A stretch of DNA of 29,001 bases, taken from the NCBI GenBank assembly GCA_964452145.1, contig CAYVLA010000031.1, forward strand, positions 1,563-30,563. Reading direction: 5' to 3'. The translations under genes were made by a program, and so were the position numbers. The stretch comes from Candidatus Hadarchaeota archaeon. GTDB lineage: Archaea; CAYQAE01; CAYVLA01. Below are positions 17,585 through 25,152 of the stretch, one piece after another. The notes beneath the pieces were generated by a model. That model worked only from the letters and a program-made list of their open reading frames with translations, searched no databases and had not been told where the DNA came from. The stretch's first letter is position 1. Every line of letters begins with the position of its first letter.

Positions 17585-17617
17585 TTTATCAAGTCCCTGC
17601 TATACTGTGGTATAGCA
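17585..17617 (+). promoter_or_regulatory. TATA-like TTTATC plus perfect palindrome TGCTATAC-tgtg-GTATAGCA (putative operator) ending at the ATG
   Basis: TTTATC at 17585-17590 and 8-bp arms at 17598-17605 and 17610-17617. ATG at 17617 gives leaderless spacing. Confidence 0.65.
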
Positions 17618-18411
17618 TGCGCAGGTTTGATGTGCTCGGCAGGGAAGGTGCCATTGAGGTTCTCCTTCTAGTCTCCACGGGACCCGTTAGATTCGGGGAA
17701 CTCAACGATTCAGTGCCCAACCCACGAACGCTTTCCAGGAGGCTCAAGGAATTGCAGGGTTGTGGACTGGTCAGCAAGTCTGAGACGGGGTATCAGGCCA
17801 CCGAGACGGGCCTCGAAACTGCCCTCAAGATCGCGGAATTGGAGAGGAACGGCGCGAGCGGACCAATCAACGGCGAGGAACTCCTCAAGATTAGATATGG
17901 CTGGATCAGAATCTCATTGGACCGTCTGGCCCAACTACTTCTCCAAGGGTTCGGTGATAGGCTGATTTCGGTTGTTCTTTATGGTTCCGTCGTGAAGGAC
18001 AGCTTCCAGCTGGGCAGGAGCGATGTAGACCTTCTATACATCATCAAGGATGATGCGGAGGGCAGATGGGAAATCGAACAGCAAGTCTTCAGAGCTTTCA
18101 GATCTACCTGGGAGTACAGGGCCTGCGAATTCTGGCTGGGCATGAAAGGGGTCCGCGGGTATCCAGAGGTAACCACAGCCCCGTTGCGGAAAGGCTCGGC
18201 CGTCAAGTTCCAACTGGTGTATCTAGACATGCTTTCCCACCGGGGAATCCTTTATGATCCAGTTGGTTTCTTCGAGACCCTGATGAAGAAACTTCAGAGA
18301 GCCCTTGAGGAACTCGGGACCACGAGAGTCGAACACGCCGACGGCACATACGGATGGTTCCTCAAACCAGATATCGTGTCCGGCGAGCTGCTGGAGATAG
18401 ACCTGGGATAG
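17617..18411 (+). CDS. HxlR-type winged-HTH fused to a minimal nucleotidyltransferase (MNT antitoxin)
   Basis: N-terminus has GPVRFGEL...NPRTLSRRLKELQGCGLV...YQATETG. C-terminus has VVLYGSV...SDVDLL and ILYDP.GFF. Confidence 0.85.
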   Translation: MRRFDVLGREGAIEVLLLVSTGPVRFGELNDSVPNPRTLSRRLKELQGCGLVSKSETGYQATETGLETALKIAELERNGASGPINGEELLKIRYGWIRISLDRLAQLLLQGFGDRLISVVLYGSVVKDSFQLGRSDVDLLYIIKDDAEGRWEIEQQVFRAFRSTWEYRACEFWLGMKGVRGYPEVTTAPLRKGSAVKFQLVYLDMLSHRGILYDPVGFFETLMKKLQRALEELGTTRVEHADGTYGWFLKPDIVSGELLEIDLG

Positions 18412-18413
18412 GC

Positions 18414-18845
18414 ATGGCCGTTAACGCAGACCGAGCTCGTGGTGCCATCAGGAGCGCTGAACGTGAGCTTGGAAGCGCATCCAAGAGCCTAGAGGATGAG
18501 GACTGGGTCGGAGCTCTGAAGTACCTCCAGGAATCGATGGAGTACGCTGCAAAGGCAGTGCTGATCGCGTACGGGGTTGACTACCCAAAGGTTCATTCTG
18601 TGGGGCGGTTTCTCTTAGAAATGAAGGGCAAGTACCCCTCATGGTTCGCCGAACAAGTAGGATCGATCTCTGAACTTGTGGATAGCTTGGCCAGGGAACG
18701 GCCCATGCTCAGGTATCCCTACGAATTTGTCCTCGGAGAATACGACGCACTGGCAGGAGAGCTCTTGCCCAAGGGCATGAAGGCTCTGGCGAAGTGTAGC
18801 AGGTTGGTCGAAGACGTCGTTGGCTCGCCTCGTCCTACGGAGTAG
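18414..18845 (+). CDS. HEPN domain protein (partner of the MNT)
   Basis: QESMEYAAKAVL..GVDYPKVHSV...RPMLRYP. ATG follows the MNT stop after a 2-nt gap. Confidence 0.88.
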   Translation: MAVNADRARGAIRSAERELGSASKSLEDEDWVGALKYLQESMEYAAKAVLIAYGVDYPKVHSVGRFLLEMKGKYPSWFAEQVGSISELVDSLARERPMLRYPYEFVLGEYDALAGELLPKGMKALAKCSRLVEDVVGSPRPTE

Positions 18846-19030
18846 AGATGAGCGTTACACTGGATTCGGGCTCAGAGTTTTTTCCTCGACACTTGAGCGC
18901 GAGGATCTGTGGAACAGTCGCGGGTGGCCTCGGAGATCCACACTTGGGCGTTCGGGCCGGAGTCACCACTTCCGGAACGAGGTGGGACAGTCTTCGGAGG
19001 TCCATCAAGCGGTATGGGTGACCTTCCAGT

Positions 19031-20167
19031 TCAGAGGTTCCGCCGGAAGACTCCCTCGGGATTGCCGCACACTTGGTGCAGACGGCTCATGAAGGCGAGG
19101 TAGGTTCGCCAGCGCGAGGTCGGCGGCAGTCCGTGGTCGATCCCCGGGAAGTAACCTCCTTCCTGGAGGAGAGGCGGCAGTTTGTTTTCGACCTCACTTT
19201 CGGCTGCTCTCTCGTTGGACGAGTCCATGGCGAACTTGTCTAGCCCTCCCCTGATGATGAAATCCGGATGCGCGTCACGCACGCGGAGAACATCGTTGCC
19301 GGCCCTGACCTCGAAGGCCTCCAGGCCGTTGATCCCTGCCTCCTCCAGAAGTCCTATGACGCCCTCAACGTATCCGTCGGAATCGACGAACGCGAAATCG
19401 ATCCCTCGATCACGCAGAACACGGGTCAGCATCTTGTAGTGGGGAACGATGAACTCCCGGAAGAGTCCGGGCGACACCAAGCATCCGTTCCTGTAGCAGA
19501 AGTCCTCCCCCGCGCCTGCGAAGTCCAGGGACACATCCGAAACAAGCCTTCCCACCATCTTGGCCCATCTGTCGCGGTAATGCTTCAGGATCTCCACGAC
19601 TAGGTCGGGGTCGGTGTAGAACAGCGTGCATGCTCGCTGTGTTCCGAACAGGCCTCTCAAGGTGGAGAAGGACCCTGGGATCCCGGTGCCAAGTGGGAAG
19701 TCCCGGTGCTTCCAGCGGTCCGTGAGATAGGTCCAGTTCTCGGGGTAGACTCCCTCCCCGATCGGAACCCATCGATCACGATATTTCTCCCAGTCCTCTC
19801 GGTTGCTGCACGGGAAGGCGATGAACTGCGGCATGCCGTAGTAGTTGACGGCTGTTTGGCCGATCCGCTGTCGAACCATTCGACCATCGGCGTAGCGCAG
19901 CGTCTCGTATGTATGATCCTGGGCCAGAACCTCGGGCTGAGGCATAGGCTCCCCGGGTCCGCCCGGAGACCACAACTGCAGCCTCGTCATGCCCCAGTAC
20001 CGGTCCCAGTTCTCGCCGGAGTCCACCCACTTCGGGAATCCCTGTGTTTGGTGCCAGGTCTTCACGGTGAACAGGTTCGGTCCATCGATCGACCAGCAAG
20101 AGAGTAGCGGGACGTAGTCAGGTTCCTCGAAACGGGTTACTGCAAGGAAACGTTCACGGGCATTCAT
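19031..20167 (-). CDS. Uroporphyrinogen decarboxylase / MtaA-CmuA-like superfamily protein (probably not true HemE)
   Basis: MNARERF...PDYVP, FSTLRGLFG, EDFCYRNGCLVSP..FREF..PHYK, VDSDG, GGLDK and GGYFPGIDHGLPP. Confidence 0.85.
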   Translation of the reverse strand: MNARERFLAVTRFEEPDYVPLLSCWSIDGPNLFTVKTWHQTQGFPKWVDSGENWDRYWGMTRLQLWSPGGPGEPMPQPEVLAQDHTYETLRYADGRMVRQRIGQTAVNYYGMPQFIAFPCSNREDWEKYRDRWVPIGEGVYPENWTYLTDRWKHRDFPLGTGIPGSFSTLRGLFGTQRACTLFYTDPDLVVEILKHYRDRWAKMVGRLVSDVSLDFAGAGEDFCYRNGCLVSPGLFREFIVPHYKMLTRVLRDRGIDFAFVDSDGYVEGVIGLLEEAGINGLEAFEVRAGNDVLRVRDAHPDFIIRGGLDKFAMDSSNERAAESEVENKLPPLLQEGGYFPGIDHGLPPTSRWRTYLAFMSRLHQVCGNPEGVFRRNL

Positions 20168-20386
20168 TGCGGTCTCGCCAGGCTTGATGAGGTGATCGCC
20201 TGGGCTCCAAGGCCGGGATTCGGTTCGACGCAACTGAGAGTTATCATGTGCTCTAGCCACTGGTCCACTCGGACTTACTTATGTGCTTCCGTCTTGGTGT
20301 CTGGTTCAGGCCGGTTTCTGCACGTGAGGCCAGTATCACTCGATCAGTCGGCTACGGATGTGGGATGGGGGTCCGCCAGGAATCCT

Positions 20387-20986
20387 CTAGAAGACCCTAG
20401 TTCCATCGCTCCCCTCGCCTTCGACGATCATGTCCGCCCAGAAGGACCTGCCGCACATGGGGCAGGTGTTTCTGTATGCAGCACCTTTGTGCATGGGACT
20501 CCACCTGCGGTCGAAGACCGTGCCGCATTGAGGGCACCTGGTCTTGCCCGGGGGGCGTTTCCGTTCCCTCTGGGTCACCCAGAGGGAGAAGACGACCACG
20601 CCCGCAATCAACATCATCATGCCCCAGAGGAATAGGTTCCAGGACTTTCCGAAGGTCTCCACGAACTCAACCGTCAGATCGTCTTCCTCCTGTCCACCCG
20701 TGGCGAGGTAGGCCACCGCCCGGATCGTGTAGTTCCCCGGAGGATAGTCTGTGGTCGTGAAGCTCCAAGCGAAGGGTTCCTCCGCATCCGTGGCGACGAG
20801 TTCGCCGTTCAGGAAGAACTCGACTCGGGTCGCACCCGTTACGTCCTTCGCCTTTGCCGAGAATTTCCCCTTGATGCGATCGCCAAAGCTCGTACCATAG
20901 TTGCGGTTCAGCTTCAGCTCCAATGCACAAGGGGGAACCAGGATCATCACAATCGAGAGGGCTATGACAGTGGGATGAATTCGCAT
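20387..20986 (-). CDS. Signal peptide + Ig-like domain + TM + C-terminal zinc ribbon protein
   Basis: RVEFFLNGELVATDAEEPFAWSFTT.DYPPGNYTIRAVAY (bacterial Ig-like), TM LFLWGMMMLIAGVVVFSLWV, then CPQC...CPMC. Confidence 0.8.
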   Translation of the reverse strand: MRIHPTVIALSIVMILVPPCALELKLNRNYGTSFGDRIKGKFSAKAKDVTGATRVEFFLNGELVATDAEEPFAWSFTTTDYPPGNYTIRAVAYLATGGQEEDDLTVEFVETFGKSWNLFLWGMMMLIAGVVVFSLWVTQRERKRPPGKTRCPQCGTVFDRRWSPMHKGAAYRNTCPMCGRSFWADMIVEGEGSDGTRVF

Positions 20987-21244
20987 CTGCTATCCGCGGT
21001 CTCCTTGGTCAGATCCCCTTCCTGTCACGAATTCGATTCTAGGATCTACGCATTGCCGGAGGGCCCGTCTGTCGTTCCAGGCTTCGGTTATCACCCGAGT
21101 TTCGATGAGGGATGTCGTGCCGCTTGGCCGGGATAAGACTTAACTGCAGGGTTTGGTGGGTATTGGCGTGTCCTGGGCCATCTAGAAGAGCGGGTGGGAT
21201 CGCCTGTCCTGAAGTGGCCACAACATGCATGGAGGAATCCCAAG

Positions 21245-23077
21245 ATGTCGCCGACGCTTCGTCTTCCGAACAGACAACCCTTTGGGGAGATCGCTTCCGA
21301 CCATCCCAAGGCTTTCAGCCTTCGGGAGGGTCTGAGCCTTAGGCTGGTGAAAAGGCGAGAGCCCGGCTACGACCTGTCCGTCAAAGGGTCGACCTGCCGT
21401 GTCGAGTATGCGACGACTTCGGACCTGATGCGGTCCTTGGGCCAATGGCTTGCTCACCCCGGCGAATCACGATCTCAGGTGCCGCCACTGGGCTTCCGCG
21501 GGCTCATGATAGACAGCTCCAGAAACGCCGTGATCAAGCCCGAGGTTCTGAAGGGGATTCTGCGTCGCCTAGCTCTGTTCGGCTACAACGCCGTCTGCCT
21601 GTACACTGAGGATACCTACGAGGTTGACAGGCACCCCGAGATGGGGTACCTCCGAGGCAAGTATAGTCAGAGGGAACTCCGTGCCTTGGACGCCTACGCC
21701 GCCAAACTGGGCATCGAGATGTTCCCTTGCATTCAGACGCTGGGCCATATGGAACAGATCCTGAGCCACCCCAACTACAGGAAGTTCCGCGATGACGACC
21801 ATATCCTCAACATCAAGATGGCGGAGACCTACCACTTCATAGAGGCCCTGATCGAAAGCGCGGCCAAACCGTACGAGAGCCGGCGGATCCATCTGGGACT
21901 TGACGAGACCTGGGGCCTGAGCCGCGGAAGGGCCTTCGTTCCGAACACTCCCATCGATCCGCGCAATGACTACCTAGATCATCTCCAGAGACTGATGGAG
22001 ATCTGCCGAGCAAAGGGCCTCAAACCGATGATGTGGGGCGACATCGTCATCGGCATGAGCGGGACGCAGGCCTTCTCGGAGGACCAGGTCGCCAAGCTCC
22101 CCAAGGATATGAAGATGGTGTTCTGGAACTACTACCAACCCGATCCGGAGTACTACCGCAGCACGATCCGGCAGTACCGGAAGATGGGCTTCGATCCGAT
22201 GGTAGCCCCAGGGCTCTGGAGCTGGGGACGGCTCTGGGCCTCCCAGTCGGTGACCGATGTGTCTGCGAAGCCCTTCATGACCGTTGCCAGAGAGGAGGGT
22301 ATTTCGGAGGCCTTGATGACGATGTGGGGCGATGATGGACACGAGACTCCCTTCGCGGCCAACTACCCCGCCATCGCCCAGTTCGCCGATGATTGCTGGT
22401 GTGCCAATCCTCGCATCGAGGACACCAGGGCCCTTGTGAAGGCGGTCTGCGGCACGGAGTTTGAGGCCTACACGCTTCCCGGCCGACTGGATCACTACCC
22501 GGGTCGCGAGAGGGAAAGCGTTCAGGCAAGGGCCAACATCAGCAAGAGCATGCTTTGGGACGATCCTCTCTTGGGCATCTTCGCCAAGCACTACGCCGGA
22601 ATCCGGCTGGGTCCCCACATTCACGGCCTGTCGGATCTGATAACCAAGGCGGCCAAGGGGGTCTCGAAATCGGACAGCCTGTTGTTTTCCTACGCCAGGG
22701 CATTGGCTGGGGTGCTCGAGGTAAAGGTCGATCTGCACAACTCGGCACGGGAGGCGTATGTGAACAAGGATCTGAATGGGCTCAAGGAGATGTCGAACCA
22801 GATCCCGGAGGTCATCCGGCGCATGAGACGCCTTCTAAAGGCACATTCGGCCCTTTGGCTTGATGAGAGGAAGCCCTTCGGCCTCGAGGTCCTGCAGATC
22901 CGCTACGGAGGCCAGCTGGTTCGATTGGCCGAAACGAAAGACCGCATAGACGCGTACCTGGAGGGCAAGACCACGAACATCATGGAGCTGGAGGAGAAAC
23001 CCATCAAGCTCTGGCCGGATCCGATCCGCGTCAGCGGCAACTACGGAAGAATCGCGACCATATCAACCATCAGGTGA
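21245..23077 (+). CDS. GH20 beta-N-acetylhexosaminidase (HEXDC-like cytoplasmic type)
   Basis: FRGLMIDSSRN, LYTEDTY, PCIQTLGH, catalytic HLGLDE, MWGD, TMWGDDG and KPFGLEV..IRYGG. GGAGG precedes ATG 21245. Confidence 0.9.
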   Translation: MSPTLRLPNRQPFGEIASDHPKAFSLREGLSLRLVKRREPGYDLSVKGSTCRVEYATTSDLMRSLGQWLAHPGESRSQVPPLGFRGLMIDSSRNAVIKPEVLKGILRRLALFGYNAVCLYTEDTYEVDRHPEMGYLRGKYSQRELRALDAYAAKLGIEMFPCIQTLGHMEQILSHPNYRKFRDDDHILNIKMAETYHFIEALIESAAKPYESRRIHLGLDETWGLSRGRAFVPNTPIDPRNDYLDHLQRLMEICRAKGLKPMMWGDIVIGMSGTQAFSEDQVAKLPKDMKMVFWNYYQPDPEYYRSTIRQYRKMGFDPMVAPGLWSWGRLWASQSVTDVSAKPFMTVAREEGISEALMTMWGDDGHETPFAANYPAIAQFADDCWCANPRIEDTRALVKAVCGTEFEAYTLPGRLDHYPGRERESVQARANISKSMLWDDPLLGIFAKHYAGIRLGPHIHGLSDLITKAAKGVSKSDSLLFSYARALAGVLEVKVDLHNSAREAYVNKDLNGLKEMSNQIPEVIRRMRRLLKAHSALWLDERKPFGLEVLQIRYGGQLVRLAETKDRIDAYLEGKTTNIMELEEKPIKLWPDPIRVSGNYGRIATISTIR

Positions 23078-23144
23078 AGCCCATCTCTGCCCAGCACAGC
23101 GTGCCAGCTCCGCAGGCGATAGCAGGGGCAGGGACGGTTGACGG

Positions 23145-24419
23145 TTGAGGAACATTCTTATTGAGTCAGTCAACGCCGCCCCCGTGCCCGCCGTGATCGG
23201 GTGCATTCTCCTAGCATTTATCATCCTTCTCGGCCCCAGCGCCCACTCACAGCAGGAGCCCCGGCAGATCAAGGTCTTCGTGACCGGGACGGGGTACCAC
23301 GTCACTATCGCGACCCAGTGGTTCCTAACCGAGCCCACAACCGACCCCCTGGCCGTTCCGACTAGAACGGACAACACGGTGACCTCAGAGGCCATAGGCC
23401 GCTACATGCGCATATACTTCCCGCGGTCATTCGAGAAGCTCCTCGAATACGACTTCATCGTCCTTGCAGACGTTGACCTCTCTTACTTCAGCCCGCTGCA
23501 TCAGAGCTGGTTGTACGACTTGCTGAAGGACCATCCGAAGGGGGGCGTGGTCACCCGCAGCGTCATGAGCGCAGTCGCATCCTATTACGAACCTTGGAGG
23601 AATAGCATTCTCTCGACGGCCTTTCCTAACGATGTCGATGCAGTCGTCAGGGATGAGAGAAACTTCCAGGGAATTGCGGGTCCCTTGGTCATCAAGGACG
23701 ATGCCGATCTGCCTGACATCATGAAGTCTTTCAAGGCCCAAGTGGAGCCGATCTTCACAAGCTACGGCGGGGTCAACACCATGCCGAGACCCGGCTCGAC
23801 CATTCTTTCCTACACCAGGAACAACCAAGGGGTTGGCTGGCCGGTCCCAGGCCAGATCGCCCATATCTTCTACTGGACCTGGAACCAGAGCACGACCTTC
23901 ATATTCAGGGACATGTTCACCAACGACTTCTGGCATGGCTCGGCCAGCAGGTGGAACCCATACGCGCTTGACATCATGGTTAATGTTGTCTGGTTCAGCG
24001 CGGGCAGAACGCTTCCGGACGATCCCCTGAAGATCCACACATTCAGATCGAGCCTGTCAGCGTTCCGTCTCAGGGAGTCGATTCTGGAGAGCCTGCTTGA
24101 CTTCGCGGAGAAATTCGGCGCCAGTACCGCCCGGATCTATGGCGAGCTCTTGGGGATAGAGAGTGATATCAGAGAGGGCGAGCATCTTTACGCCATCGGG
24201 GAATTCGAAAGTGCCTATGAGAGGGTTAGGAAGGGCATGGGGCGTTTCGACGAGCTGGAGAATGAAGCAATGGCTCTGAAGGACCGGGCCCTGGTCTGGA
24301 TACACCTCACCGAGTGGCTCGTGACCACGGGAACGCTTCTCATAGCAGGCTTCCTCCTCTGGTCCCTCATGGTGAAGAGAGCGCTCTATAGAGAGGCAGG
24401 AATGACATCAGGGACTTGA
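23145..24419 (+). CDS. Membrane-anchored surface-protein family member (paralogue of 11606-12901)
   Basis: RYMRIYFPRSFEKLLEYDFIVLAD vs RRVRLYMPRTYQDLVSNFDVVVLAN, and EWLVTTGT...LWSLMVKRALYRE vs EWLAVTGT...LWSLMVRRTLYRE. Confidence 0.82.
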   Translation: MRNILIESVNAAPVPAVIGCILLAFIILLGPSAHSQQEPRQIKVFVTGTGYHVTIATQWFLTEPTTDPLAVPTRTDNTVTSEAIGRYMRIYFPRSFEKLLEYDFIVLADVDLSYFSPLHQSWLYDLLKDHPKGGVVTRSVMSAVASYYEPWRNSILSTAFPNDVDAVVRDERNFQGIAGPLVIKDDADLPDIMKSFKAQVEPIFTSYGGVNTMPRPGSTILSYTRNNQGVGWPVPGQIAHIFYWTWNQSTTFIFRDMFTNDFWHGSASRWNPYALDIMVNVVWFSAGRTLPDDPLKIHTFRSSLSAFRLRESILESLLDFAEKFGASTARIYGELLGIESDIREGEHLYAIGEFESAYERVRKGMGRFDELENEAMALKDRALVWIHLTEWLVTTGTLLIAGFLLWSLMVKRALYREAGMTSGT

Positions 24420-24633
24420 CGCGTCGGAATCCGTTGGGGCACCTACTCAGACAAACACCCAAGCAGACCGCGTCTGACTCCGTACCTGGCGCGGCTCTTG
24501 CCGAATGGAGGGCTATGGGCAAGACAAGGGATTCTGCATCGGTTTTCATAAGATGGAGGAGGCACATGTGTTGCGCTCTTCCCAGTGGGCTGCGAAACGT
24601 ATCTGGTCTTTGAGCAGATTGTGCGTGATGACA

Positions 24634-24990
24634 CCACCACGTGCTGATCTTCAGCCCCTTGACCCTTGAGAAGTTCTCCCGGTTTCTCGTCACTAGCGTT
24701 TGCTCATGTCGGAGGGCCATGCCCGCTATCATAGCGTCGCGTGCCCCGATGGGTCTCCGGAGTTTCATCAAGCAGGCAGCAACGCTTCCAGCAGCGTCGC
24801 AGCTCGGCTCGTCGAAATCCAGTATCTCCAAGGAGAACAACAAGTTTCTGACCAGTTCGAGGTTCTTCTCCCTCTGCTCAGACATATGGGCACCCGGATA
24901 GAGCTCGAAAGCACTGACAGGCGTGGCACTCTTTCTCAGCCCCTCAGCCTCGGCATCCTCCCCCTTTCGGACGGCCTCCGACCGCCCCCT
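24634..24990 (-). pseudogene. vapC: Decayed PIN-domain (VapC-like) toxin gene
   Basis: SAFELYPGA...EILDFD...IGARDAMIAG.AL.H...LVTRN..NFSRVKGLKISTW is present. The N-terminal LDT motif and start are missing, and there is no stop at the expected end. Confidence 0.7.
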
Positions 24991-25152
24991 GAAACATGGA
25001 GAGCACGCAAGAGAGAAAGGGGCCGGTGCGTATGGTTGGCCAGATGCTCGGTCGAACTCACCATCATCGAGAGATTGCCCAGACGCCAGCTCGAGGAGGT
25101 ATTGCGGCCGCCGTTTCCCCAGTCGCTCACCACAACCACCTGCGGGATGGGA

